Assembly: GCF_009914755.1 (NCBI RefSeq) | Contig: NC_060947.1 | Direction: 5' to 3' (one strand) | DNA length: 64,000 bases | From: the human T2T-CHM13v2.0 reference genome, Homo sapiens | Shown: one piece after another, positions 12,435-26,774 of the stretch | How positions within the stretch are numbered: position 1 is the first letter of the stretch | Layout: the number at the start of each line of letters is the position of its first letter | Program-made: the position numbers and the translations under genes | Notes under the pieces: generated by a model | The model's database searches: none | Seen by the model: the letters and a program-made list of their open reading frames with translations, nothing else | What the model was told of the DNA's origin: nothing

Positions 12435-15400
12435 ATGATGAATGGAATGGTACCCCACATCTCAATACTAACATTGAATGTAAATGACCTAAATTCTCCA
12501 CATAAAAGATACAAAACTGCAGACTCGATGAGAACTCACCAACCAACTATCTGCTGCCTTCAGGAGACTCACCTAACACATAAGGACTCACATTAACTTA
12601 AAGAGGTGGAAAAAGGCATTTCATGCATGTGCAAACCAAAATTGAGCAGGGCTAGCTATTTTTATATCCGACAAAACAAACTTTAAAGCAACAGCAGTTA
12701 AAAGAGACAAAGAGGGACGGACGTTATACAGTGGTAAAAGGCCTTGTCCAATACAAAAATATCACAATCCTAAACATATATGCACCTAAGACTAGAGCTC
12801 CCAAATTTATGAAACTATTACTAATAGACCTAAGAAATGAGATAGACAGCAACATAATAATAGTGGGGAACTTCAATGCTCAACTGACAGCATGAGGCAG
12901 GTCACCAAGATAGAAAGTCAACAAAGAAACACTGGATTTAAATTAGACCTTGTTACAAATGGACTTAACAGATATATACAGAACATTTCATCCAACAACC
13001 ACAGAATATACATTCTATTCATGGAAATTTCTCCAAGACAGATCATATGATATGCCACAAAATGAGTGTCAATAACTTTAAGATAATTGAAATTATTTCA
13101 GGCACTCTCTCGGACCACAGTGGAATAAAACTAGAAATAAACTCCAAAAGGAATCTTCAAAACCATGCAAATACATAGAAATTAAATAACCTGCTCCTGA
13201 ATGATCACTGGGTCAAAAACAAAATCAAGATGGAAATTAAAAAATTATTTGAACTGAATGATGATAATGAAAAAACCTATCAAAACCTCTAGGATATAGC
13301 AAAGGCTGTGCTAAGAGGAAAGTTCATAGCCCTAAATGCCTACATCAAAAAGGCTATAAGAGCACAAACTGACATTTTAAGGTCACACCTCAAGGAACTA
13401 GATAAACAAGAACAAACCAAACCCAAACCCAGCAGAAGAAAGAAAATAACCAAGATCAGAGCAGAACTAAATGAAACTGAAACAAACAAACAAAAAACAA
13501 ATAAATGAAACACAAAGCTAGTTCTTTAAAAAGTTAATAAAATTGATAGACCATTAGCAAGATTAACTCAGAAAAGAAGAGAGAAAATCCACATAACCTC
13601 ATTAAGAAACGAAACAGGAGATATTACAATTGACACCACTGAAATACAAAAGGTCATTCAGCATTACTATGAACACCTTTACTCACAGAAACTAGAAAAC
13701 CTACAAGAGATGGATAAACTCCTGGAAAAATATAACCCTCCTAGCTTAAATCAGGAAGAATTAGATATCCTAAACAGACCATTAACAAGCAGCGAGATTG
13801 AAATGGTAATTTTAAAACTGCCAACAAAAAAAGAGTCCAGGACCAGACAGATTCACAGCAGAATTCTACCAGACACTCAAGGAAGAATTGGTACCAAACA
13901 TTTTGACACTATTCCATAAGACAGAGAAAGAGGGAACCCTCCCTCATTCATTCTATGAAGCCAGCATCCCCCTAATACCAAAACCAGAAAAGGATATAAC
14001 CAAAAAAAGAAAACTACAGACCAATATTCCTAATGAATATAGATGCTAAAATCCTTAACAAAGTACTAGCTAACCAAATCCAACAACATATCAAAAAGAT
14101 AATCCACCACGATCAAGTAAGTTTCACACCAGGGATGCAGGGATGGCTTAACATACACAAGTCAATAAATGTGATACACCTCATAAACAGAATTAAAGAC
14201 AAAAATCACATGATCATCTCAATAGATGCAGAAAAAGCATTAGATAAAATCCAGCATCCGTTTAGGATTAAAACTCTCAACAAAATCAGCATACAAGGGA
14301 CATACCTCAATGTAATAAAAGTCATCTATGACAAAATCACAGCCAACATAATACTGAATGGGGAAAAGTTGGAAGCATTCCCTCTGAAAACTGGAACAAG
14401 ACAAGGATGCCCACTCTCACCACTCATCTTCAACATAGTACTGGAAGTCCTAGCCAGAGCAATCAGATAAGAGAAAGAAAGAAAGGGCATCCAAATCAGT
14501 AAAGAGGAAGTCAAACTGTCTCTGTTTGCTAATGATATGATCGTTTACCTTGAAAACCCTAAACACTCCTCCAGAAAGCTCCTAGAACTGAAGAAATAAT
14601 TCAGCAAAGTTTCCAGATACAAGATTAATGTACACAAATCAGTAACTCCTCTGTATACCAACAGCGACCAAGTGGAGAAACAAATCAAGAACTCAACCCT
14701 TTTTATAATAGCTGCAAAATAATAAATAAATAAAATGCTTAGGAATATACCTAACCAAGGAGGCAAAAGACCTCTACAAGGAAAACTATAAAACACTGCT
14801 GAAAGAAATCATAGATGACACAAACAAATGGAAACACATCCCATGCTCATGGATGGGTAGAATCAATATTGTGAAAATGACCATAATGCCAAAAGCAGCC
14901 TGCAAATTCATTGTAATCCCCATCAAAATACCACCATTTTTCTTCACAGAATTAGAAAAAAAATTCTAAAATTCATATGGAACCAAATAAAAGCCCACAT
15001 AGCCAAAGCAAGACTAAGCAAAAGGAACAAATTTGGAGGCATCACACTACCTGATTTCAAACTATACTATAAGGCCATAGTCACCAAAACAGCATGGTAC
15101 TGATATAAAAACAGGCACATAGACCAATGGAACAGAATAGAGAACCCAGAAATAAACCCAAATACTTATAGCCAACTGATCGTCAACAAAGCAAACAAAA
15201 ACATAAAGTAGGGAAAGGACATCTTTTTCAACAAATTATGCTGGGATAATTGGCTAGCCACATGTAGGAGAATAAAACTGGATCCTCATCTCTCACTTAT
15301 AAAAAATCAATGCAAAATGGATTAAGGACTTAAATCTAAGACCTGAAACTATAAAAATTATCGAAGATAACATTGGAAGAACCCTTCTAGACACTGGGTT

Positions 15401-16251
15401 AGGCAAGGGTTTCATGACCAAGAACCCAAAAGCAAATGCAATAAAAACAGAAATAAATAGCTGGGACTTAATTAAACTGAAGAGCTTTTGCACAGCAAAA
15501 GAAAGTCATCAGAGTAAACAGACAACCCATAGAGTGGGAGAAAATCTCCACAATCTATCCATCTGACAAAGGACCAATATCCAGAATCTACAACAAACTC
15601 AAATCAGTAAGAAAAAAAGAAACAATCCCATCAAAAAGTGTGCTAAGACATGAATAGATAATTCTCGAAAGAAGATACACAAATGGCCGACAAACATATT
15701 TAAAAATGTTCAACATCACTAATGATCAGGGAAATGCAAATCAAAACCACTGTGTAATACCACCTTACTCCTGCAAGAATGGCCATAATAAAAAAATCAA
15801 AAAAACAGTAGATGTTGGTGTGGATTTGGTGATCAGGGAACATTTCTCCACTGATGGTAGGACTGTAAACTAGTACAACTACTATGGAAAACAGTGTGGA
15901 GATTCCTTAGAGAACTAAATGTAGAACTGCCATTTGATCCAGCAATCCCCCTACCAGGTATCTACCCAGAGGAACACAAGTTGTTATACGAAAAAGATAC
16001 ATGCACATGCATGTTTACAGCAGCACAACACACAATTGAAAAATCGTGAAACCAAGCCAAATGCCCATCAATCAAGAAGTGGATAAAGAAACTGGTATAT
16101 ATATATTATGGAATACTACTCAGCCATAAAAAGGAATGAATTAACAGCATTTGCAGTGATCTGGATGAGATTGGAGACTCTTATTCCAAGTGAAGTAACA
16201 CAGGAATGGAAAACCAAATATCATATATTCTCACTGATATGTGAGAACTAA
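12435..16251 (+). pseudogene. Decayed L1 ORF2p (endonuclease / reverse transcriptase)
   Basis: ISILTLNVN start. ORF-track fragments [14 protein letters not shown] and [10 protein letters not shown]...[11 protein letters not shown]. Multiple stops. Confidence 0.9.
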
Positions 16252-16467
16252 CCTGTGAGAATGCAAAGGCATAAAAATGATACAATGGATTATGGGGACT
16301 TGGGGGGAAGGTTGGAAGGGAAGTAAGGGATAAAGGGCTATGAATATGGGGCAGTGTATACTGCTCAGGTGATGGGTGCACCAAAATCTCACAAATCACC
16401 ACTAAAGAACTTACTCATGTAACCAAATACCACCTGTACCCCAATAACCTATGGAAAATTTAAAAAA

Positions 16468-16648
16468 AAGAATTTCTAGTATCTCTTTTTCTTATAAGGA
16501 TACCAGTTTTATTGGATTAGAACCCCACCCTTATGGCCTCATTTAATATTAATTACCTCCTTAAAGGCCTTATCTCAAAATACAGTCACATTGGGGGTGA
16601 AAGCTTCAGCCTATAAATTTGGGAGAGAGCACAATTCAGTCCATAGTT
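16468..16648 (-). mobile_element. MLT1B-like LTR, right part
   Basis: TTCTTATAAGGATACCAGT...AAATACAGTCACATT...CACAATTCAGTCCATA, collinear with 10703-10915. Confidence 0.85.
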
Positions 16649-16649
16649 G

Positions 16650-17290
16650 GGTAATTATTAACACTCATCCTTCAAAGTTAATGTATGAACAAGAACTCTT
16701 TCTTATTACGAACAAAATACCTCTTGAATCAAACAAATTCACTCCAAATCTACCACAGCTAGCTCATTTGAGCTGTCAGGATCCCCTATTGTCTGAATAA
16801 ATACAATCATCTCCTAACTGGTCTCCTTTCATCCACTCTCTTCTTGCTGTCTAATAGTTTCTTCAATCAGCCAGAGTAATCACTTCAAAACACACATTTT
16901 AAAAGGTGGTCCTCCTTTTTAAAACAATTTATCTGCCTCTCATGGCTTAAATTTTTTAGCACACAGATCATATGAGCTAGCCCTTCCCTAACTCTCTAGC
17001 CTCTGTGTACATCATGCTCATGCTTATTCTTTTTGCTCCTGCCATACTGGCCTACTTTCAGAGTTTTCCAAAAGCAACACACTCTCTTACGTCCAAGCTT
17101 TTGCACATGCTATTTGCCTATTCCCACTCACTCTCTAAGGGGAGTCTTCCTTGATCTTCACAACTAAGGCAATCCCCCTAATTAGACATTGTTGTAACCA
17201 TTTTTTAAGACATCACAGTTGCAATTTTAATTTATTTATAAAATTATTTTATTATTGTTTGCTTTTTCCACAAGACTGTAAGCCCCTCTA
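16650..17290 (+). mobile_element. L2 fragment (right part)
   Basis: CTCCTAACTGGTCTCC, CAGCCAGAGTAATC, TTTGCACATGCTATT and AGACTGTAAGCCCC motifs. Confidence 0.65.
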
Positions 17291-17392
17291 AAGTATTCTG
17301 AGAGGATTGAATGAGATAATGAATGCAATATACTTTATTCAGAGCCTGGCACTTAGTAAGTGCTAAATTGATTTTGGCTTTTATTATTATAA
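17291..17392 (+). mobile_element. MIR 3' fragment
   Basis: GAGAGGATTGAATGAGATAATG...AGAGCCTGGCACTTAGTAAGTGCT...TTATTATTAT. Confidence 0.7.
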
Positions 17393-17721
17393 TTGGGGTG
17401 GGCCAATTCTTAGTCATTGCATATTTCATTGGCTGAGCTTAGTTTTCAACCCTAGATTCATCGCTTGGTTTTTATATTTTTTGAAATACTACAGTGTCTA
17501 GTTCACAGTTAGCTCTTGATAATTGTTTGCTAGTACTGTTATTATTATGCATTTTCTGATTCTCTTCTAGGTAGAGTTCTGTCTTTGCCACTTGCTAGCT
17601 CTGTGACCTTGGGAAATTGGCCTAAGTTCTGTAATGATCATCTAATGATGAGATGACTTCAACCAGCTGCTATCTAAATTAGCCAATTACAATTATTTGG
17701 AGAAAATGGGTACTACAATAT

Positions 17722-18094
17722 TGTACTGGTTCATTTCACACTGCTATAAAGGACTGCCTAAGACTGGGTAGTTTATAAAGGAAAGAAATTTAATTGACTC
17801 CCAGTTCCATATGGCTGGGGAGGCCTCAGGAAACTTACAATCATGGCAGAAAGGGAAGCAAACATGTCCTTCTTTCATGTGATGGCAGGAAGAAGTGCCC
17901 AGGAAAAGGGGGAAAAGCCCCTTATAAAACCACCAGATCTCATGAGAACTCATTCACTATCAGGAGAATGGCAGCATGGGGGTAACTACCCACATGATTC
18001 AATTACCTCCCACCCATCCCTCCCCCGACCATGGGAATTATGGGAACTACAATTCAAGATGAGATTTGGGTGGGGACATGGCCAAATGGAATCA
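17722..18094 (-). mobile_element. THE1 (C/D-like) MaLR solo LTR
   Basis: TG...CA termini, GGCTGGGGAGGCCTCAGGAAACTTACAATCATGGCAGAA and GATGAGATTTGGGTGGGGACA. 5-bp TSD AATAT/GATAT. Confidence 0.92.
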
Positions 18095-18193
18095 GATATA
18101 TTATTTTTCTTCCATCATAGTATAAGCAGAAGATTCATTATTTCCTTATTTGTAATTCTGGAAATCAAAATGTGTCTTAAAAATATATTTTAT

Positions 18194-18500
18194 TTTTAGC
18201 TCCCACAAATAATAAGAACATGTGATGTTTGTCTTTCTGTGCCTGGCTTATTTCACTTAACATAATGATCTCCAGTTTCATCCATGTTGTTGCAAATGAT
18301 TGAATCTCATTTTAAAGAATGTAATTGGATTGTTTGTAACTCCATGGATAGATGCTTGTGGGAGGGATACCCCATTCTCCATGACGTGCTTATTTCGCAT
18401 TGCATGCCCGTATCAAAACATCTAATGTACCCCATAAATATATATACAGCTACTATATACCCACAAAAATGTAAATAGTAATAATAATAAAAGAAAGAGA
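18194..18500 (+). mobile_element. Short 5'-inverted L1MA1/2-like insertion
   Basis: 18194-18312 is antisense L1 ORF2 end; 18313-18500 is sense L1MA 3'UTR plus A-rich tail. Perfect 15-bp TSD AAAAATATATTTTAT at 18179-18193 and 18501-18515. Confidence 0.85.
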
Positions 18501-18803
18501 AAAAATATATTTTATATTCAAATAAACCCAACTATTGCCTTCACTACAAGAGAGCTGATTTCAGATTCACTTTGGGAGTCAACATAATTCTATTCTCTTC
18601 AAGTGCCAGGAGACTATTCATTAACATACATGTCCTCCAGTGATGTGGCTAGAAGGAGTGCTAACATGAGCTGCTTATTCCCTGGTGGGAGTACTCAGGC
18701 CTAAATGCATTCACCTCCATTCCCAGCTTGCCTTTGTCTTTTCTTTGGTTGACAGCTGGGCCTTCAACACTGACTGCAGATGGAGATGCTTTAAGATAAG
18801 AAT

Positions 18804-19077
18804 ATACAAAAAAATCCAAATTTCAAAAACATCAATTTGGGAGTGAATATTCTCATTACTGGATTCTGTCTTGACAAAATGATTAACCATAGGATTAATT
18901 TAAACAGTGATCTCTCCCAGTGAATTGAAGTATTCATTCACACATCATTAACTGAAAGGGAGGACTTGGAGAAAAGGATAGCCAGCTGAGAGGCAAGAGC
19001 AAAATCACTTCAGTTGCAGCATTAGGAACCATGTTATGACAAAACAATTGTAAATAAAAAGTAAGCAACTCTGAAAT
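18804..19077 (+). repeat. Local direct duplication, copy 1 (about 274 bp)
   Basis: Aligns by eye to 19881-20150 with about 22 substitutions and 4 one-base gaps. Confidence 0.95.
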
Positions 19078-19094
19078 TAACTTATTTATTAACT

Positions 19095-19790
19095 CTAAAG
19101 TTAATTTATTATTGAAGAAAATAATATTTTTTATACATGTAGTGCAACCTATGTGTATAGTGTTTATAAAGTCTGCAGTAATGTACAGTAATGTCCTAGT
19201 CGTCCACATTCACTCACTGCTCACTCATTGATTCACCCAGAGAAACTTCCTGTCCTGCCAGCTCCATTCATAGCACGTGTCTTATACAGGTTTACTACTT
19301 TTTATCTTTATATATATATTGTTGAGACAGGGTCTCACTCTGTTACCCAGCTTCCCAAGTATCTAGGACTACAAGCATGTGACACCACGCCTGGCTAATG
19401 TTTTAATTTGTGTGTGTGTGTTTAGAGATGGGAGTCTTTCTATCTTGCCCAGGCTGCTCTTCCACTCTTGGCCTCAAGCAGTCCTTGTGCCTCAGTCTCC
19501 CAAAATGCTGGGATTACAGGCCTGAGCCACTGCGCCTGGCCTTATACCATCTTTTTACAGTACTTTTTCCATGTTTAGATATGTTTTGATACACAATTTT
19601 AGAAATGCCTCCAGTATTTAGTAAAATCACATGCTATACAGCTTTGTAGCCTAGGAGCCATAGGCTACAACATGTAGCCTAGGTGTGCAGTAGACAATAC
19701 CATCTATGTTTGTGCAATAAACTCTATGATGTTCCCATGACAATGAAATTTCTTAGAATGTATATCCATTGTTAAATGATGCATTACTAT
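19095..19790 (-). mobile_element. Tigger3 (GOLEM/MER7-like) DNA transposon, one end missing
   Basis: GTACAGTAATGTCCTAG..CACATTCACTCAC, TTTGTAGCCTAGGAGC and a TIR remnant TTAAATGATGCATTACT at the right end. Interrupted by an AluJ. Confidence 0.85.
19319..19541 (-). mobile_element. AluJ with an internal deletion of about 70 bp
   Basis: GAGACAGGGTCTCACTCTGTTACCCAG is joined directly to CTTCCCAAGTA (CAG microhomology). Ends GCGCCTGGCC. Confidence 0.9.
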
Positions 19791-19880
19791 GAGTATTGTT
19801 AATATCAAATACTAGCTTTCTGAATATGGCCAGAGGCACTCCACAAGTTAAATGCAATATGTCTATGTAAAACATCTCCA

Positions 19881-20150
19881 ATACAAAAAATATAAATTTC
19901 AAAACATCAATTTGGGAGTGATTATTCTCATTATTGGATTCTGTCTTGACAAAATGTTTAACCATAGGATTACTTGAAACAGTGATCTCTCCCAGTAAAT
20001 TAAACTGTTCATTCACACACCATTCACTGAAAGGGAGGACTTGGCGAAGAGGACAGCCAGCTGAAGGCAAGAGCAAATCACTTAAGTTGCAGCTTTAGGA
20101 ACTATGTCATAACAAAACAATTGTAAACAAAAAGTAAGCAACTCTGAAAT
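19881..20150 (+). repeat. Local direct duplication, copy 2 (about 270 bp)
   Basis: About 90% identical to 18804-19077. Confidence 0.95.
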
Positions 20151-20214
20151 GAGAAGGACATTATCACAGTATAATATTTTTAGAGAATGACATTGTCACA
20201 GTATAATATTTTTT
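20151..20214. repeat. 2 x 32-bp tandem duplication
   Basis: GAGAAGGACATTATCACAGTATAATATTTTTA / GAGAATGACATTGTCACAGTATAATATTTTTT. Confidence 0.9.
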
Positions 20215-20440
20215 TCTTCCATGAAAAAGTCAATTAGTAAAACAAGAGCAAAGTGAAAGGTAGTGAAAAAAATATATTCATACTGTCAAACAATGGAACA
20301 TAAGATATTATGCAGAAGGTCTGTAGAGGAATGGGAAATGATTTATCCATTGGAAAAGAAGATTTAATGATATGAAATGTATGAACAATAGGCAAAACAG
20401 AGCAGGCAATAAAGTAGTATGCACAGTAGTGATCTATCCC

Positions 20441-20442
20441 AC

Positions 20443-20476
<34 letters not shown>

Positions 20477-20553
20477 ATATATATATGTATGTGTGTATAT
20501 ATATGTGTGTGTATATATATATATATATACATACACACACACACACACACACA
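20441..20553. repeat. Compound (TA)/(TG)/(CA) microsatellite
   Basis: Alternating purine-pyrimidine tract, seen directly. Confidence 0.95.
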
Positions 20554-20791
20554 TTTTGTTTAATTTGAAAAAGAGGCACACTAAATCATTAATATATCTG
20601 GGTGGTTGGATTGTAACTTTATTTTTTAGTCTTTATTTTTAAAAATTTTCTGCACAAGGAAACCATCTGTTTAATTGTTTCATTTCTGTATCACCTTAAG
20701 TGTCTGCCAATTTCTCATTAGGGGTGGAAAAGATAAAATAATAATCATTTATTAGATGCATCCTATGTATCCAGCAAATATACAAATATAT

Positions 20792-21180
20792 CATATATTA
20801 CTCACACATACATAATACATACATAGACACATGTCTATGTATAATAATACATACAGACACATTATATTACTCAGACACATACATATTACTCATACTCATA
20901 CTCATAGACACATACACATTATATTACTCATAGACACATACATATATTACACACATATAATACATACATAGACACATGTCTATGTATAATACATACAGAC
21001 ACATTATATTACTCATAGACATACATATTACTCATACTCATACTCATAGACACATACACATTATATTACTCATAGACACATACATATATTACACATATAT
21101 AATACATACATAGACACATATGATAATACACGGACAATATAATAATACATACATAGACACATACATACACACACACATAT
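20792..21180. repeat. Higher-order minisatellite (unit about 142-149 bp, about 2.5 copies)
   Basis: CATATATTAC recurs at 20792, 20941 and 21083. Units are built from CATAGACACATA, TATTACT and CATACT motifs. Confidence 0.9.
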
Positions 21181-21751
21181 AGGTATGAACTACATCTTTC
21201 TTGACATGAGTAAAATAAAACATTGTTTCTTAGTCTTTACTCAGTGAATGTTTGACTGTTTGAATTAATATGACCAAGATAGCCTGTTGTCATTGCCAAT
21301 TTGAAATATTTGTTAAAATATAAATTCATTTAACCCAACAAATGATCTGATATTGTAACACAAAAAACTGTCTTTTTAACTAAATTGGTAATAATAAATC
21401 CAGTCAAACAGGCGAACATTCAGCCTGTCAACCAGCAAATTAAAAATATCCAGATCTATCACATAGCTTGCACTACACAGATCTAAACCTACCACCTAGA
21501 ACATCGTGTCTCTGAAATAGAGTTTCCACAATAAAAGCCCATCCTTGAATTATTCCAACATCCAGCCACTGTAACTACTGAGTATCTGTTAATCCATACT
21601 ACTCTGCTCTGGGGCAAAACTAAGCAAAATACAGGTTTCTTGCACTCGCGGAGCCTGCATGCCAACAACACTTTACTTTTAGAATTTACTGTTATTTGTG
21701 AAAAATAGTTTATGTTGCCCCTTCTCTTCATTTGATGCCCTTCTCCCCCCC

Positions 21752-22317
21752 TTTTTTTCTTGTTTCATATTTCTTTCTTCTTTCTTTAACTCTTTTTATT
21801 TTATTATTATTATACTTTAAGTTTTAGGGTACATGTGCACAATGTGCAGGTTAGTTACATATGTATACATGTGCCATGCTGGTGTGCTGCACCCATTAAC
21901 TCGTCATTTACATTAGGTATATCTCCTAATGCTATCCCTCCCCCCTCCCCTCACCCCACAACAGTCCCCAGAGTGTGATGTTCCCCTTCCTGTGTTCATG
22001 TGTTCTCATTGTTCAATTCCCACCTATGAGTGAGAACATGCGGTGTTTGGTTTTTTGTCCTTGTAATAGTTTACTGAGAATGATGATTTCCAATTTCATC
22101 CATGTCCCTACAAAGGACATGAACTCATCATTTTTTATGGCTGCATAGCATTCCATGGTGTATATGTGCCACATTTTCTTAATCCAGTCTATCATTGTTG
22201 GACATTTGGGTTGGTTCCAAGTCTTGCTATTGTGAATAGTGCCGCAATAAACATATGTGTGCATGTGTCTTTATAGCAGCATGATTTATAGTCCTTTGGG
22301 TATATACCCAGTAATGG
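21752..22317 (-). mobile_element. 5'-truncated young L1PA (PA3-like)
   Basis: TATACTTTAAGTTTTAGGGTACATGTGCACAATGTGCAGGTTAGTTAC; ORF2 C-terminus WNQPKCPTMIDWIKKMWHIYTME. GCCCTTC..CCCCCTTTT occurs on both flanks. Confidence 0.93.
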
Positions 22318-22374
22318 CCCTTCCCCCTTTTCATACGCTTAGCTAACACCATAGCACTTAAATATGCCTTTATG

Positions 22375-22575
22375 GGATGCACGAATTTATGCAATTCTCA
22401 TTCTTCGAAGCCTTCATTGGTGCTTCCCTGCCTTAAAGAAAAATCTGAATGCCCCTCAGTATGACATACGAGGCCCTTCATATATGCCCTTTACCTGTGA
22501 CTCAAGGCTTATGTGCTCTTCACCCAGCCTTAAATTTCTTACAGCTTCCCAAATATGCCTCATCATTTTTGTTTG
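22375..22575 (+). mobile_element. L2 fragment
   Basis: AAGCCTTCATTGG...ATGACATACGAGGCCCTTCAT...CAGCTTCCCAAATATGCC. Confidence 0.5.
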
Positions 22576-22629
22576 AGTTTTCCTCTTCTTCGTAAGCTAT
22601 ATGTAACCATAATTTCCTAACTCCTTCCT

Positions 22630-23428
22630 TTTCAATTATGAAAAAATAAAAACAGATTATAGAGAATAATGTAGTAAATGCCTATGAATATAAAGTCTGA
22701 AATTTTTTTCAAAAAACAGATACTTTATGCTTAAATTATTTTGTATTGTTCCTTTCTCACTAGCAATCACTTGTATAAATTCCAAGTGTATTTTTATCCA
22801 AGTTTTTACACATGTATTATGTGGATTTACGTCCATAAAACTAGTTTTAGAATAATGTTGTGTGATTAAAAATGCATACGAGTGTAACTTGCAACTTTTT
22901 TCTGCTCAATAAGATTTTATTTCAATTTCTAAGATAATTAGATATAATTCATTGAGACTCCATGATTCATCTAATCCCCTAGTGATGGATATTTTAGATT
23001 ATTTCCCATTTCTGCTACAATGCTATATTAAGCATCCTTGTACACATCTTCTTATATAGATTTGTAAAAGATTTTCTAGGAAATCCAGAAGTTAAATGTA
23101 TATTTTCATTTTTACCCCAATTTAAGTTTATTCCATTTGTTTCCCATTAAATGGTAACAATTTATATTTTCACCACTATGTTTAAGTGTTCATCTTTTCC
23201 CTCACCTTCTTCTGCATTTGATATTGCAGTCAGATATTTTAATTTTCAAATAACAACAATATGAATGTATCAAAATTTATTTCTTCACATGTTGATGAGC
23301 ATTTGGTAAGTTCTAGTTTTTGCCTCTTATAGATTCAGCTGCTATGAAGATTCAAGAGCAAGTCTTTGCATGGGCATGTTTTCATTTCTCTTCAATAAAT
23401 ACCTAGGAGTAACACTGCTGTGTCAATC
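22630..23428 (-). mobile_element. Old L1M (L1ME-like) 3' region
   Basis: Antisense L1 motifs GTGATGGATATTTTAGATTATTTCC and TTTTCATTTCTCTT..AAATACCTAGGAGT. Confidence 0.65.
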
Positions 23429-23434
23429 CCATGT

Positions 23435-25462
<2,028 letters not shown>

Positions 25463-26774
25463 AACCTACGAACTCTCAGCTAGAGCAATCAAACAAGAGA
25501 AAGAAATAAAGGGCATCCAAATTGGAAAACCAGAAGTAAAACTAACTCTGTTGGCTGATGATATAATCTTATACTTAGAAAACCCTAAAGATTATTCAAA
25601 AAGACTCCTAGATTTGATGAATTCAGTAAAGTCTCAGATCACAAATCAATGTATGCCAATCAGTAGCACCACTATACATCAACAATGACCAAGTTGAGAA
25701 TCAAATTAAAGAACTCAATCCCTTTTACAATAGCTGCAAAAAATAATAAAATACCTAGGGATATAATTAACCAGGAAGGTGAAAATTCTCCAGAAGGAGA
25801 ACTACGAAACACTACTGAAAGAAATCAGATGACACAAACAAATGAAAATACATCTTATGTTCACGGATTGGAAGAATCAATATCATGAAAATGGCCATAC
25901 TGCCAAATAAATCTACAGATTCAATACAATTCGTATCAAAATATTAGCATCATTTTTCACAGAATTAGAAAAAAAAATCCTAAAATTCATATGGAATCAA
26001 AAAAGAGCTCAAATAGCCAAAGCAAACTTAAGCAAAAAAGAACAAATCTGGAGGCATCACATTATCCAACTTCAAATTATACTGCAAGGCTATAGTAACT
26101 AAAACCACATGGTACTGGTATAAAAGTAGATAGATAGACCAAGGAAACAGAATGAGAACCCAGAAACAACACCACATACCTATAGCCAACTGATCTTTCA
26201 AAAGTTGACAAAAATATACACTGGGGAAAGGACACCCTATTCAATAAATGGTGCTGGTTAAACTGGATAGCCACATAAAGAAGAATTAAACTGGATCCTT
26301 ATCTCTCACCTTATACAAAAGTCAATGGAAATGGATTAAAGACAGAAATCTAAGATCTGAAGCCATACAATTTCTAGGAAATAACCTTGCAAAAACTCTT
26401 CTGGACATTGGTCTAGGCAAGGAATTATGACTAAGACCTCAAAAGCAAATACAACAAAAACAAAAATAAATAAGTGGGACCTATCTAAACTAAAAAGCTT
26501 CTGCATAGGAAAATAAATACTCATCAGAGTAAACAGACAACCCAAAGAATGAGTGAAAATATTTACAAACTATGCGTCCAACAAAGAACTAATATCCAGA
26601 ATCTACAAGGAACTCAAACAAATCAGCAAGAAAAAAAAGACCATCAAAAAGTGGACAAATGATAGGAATAGACATTTCTCAAAAGAAGATACACAAATGG
26701 CCAAGAAACATAAGAAAAATGCTCAACATCACTAATCAGGGAAATGCAAATTAAAACCACAATGAGATACCACC

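Larger units (their letters stand above)
10916..16467 (+). mobile_element. L1PB1 LINE-1, near full length, with a shortened 5'UTR
   Basis: L1PB-type 5'UTR, ORF1 and ORF2 remnants, L1PB1 3' end (ATCACCACTAAAGAACTTACTCATGTAACCAAATACCACCTGTACCCC) and an A tail. TSD AAGAATTCCTAG (10904-10915) / AAGAATTTCTAG (16468-16479). Confidence 0.93.

Noticed and set aside
14033-14470. Reverse-transcriptase ORF suggesting a novel RT system
   Set aside because: An ordinary fragment of L1 ORF2 bounded by stop codons.
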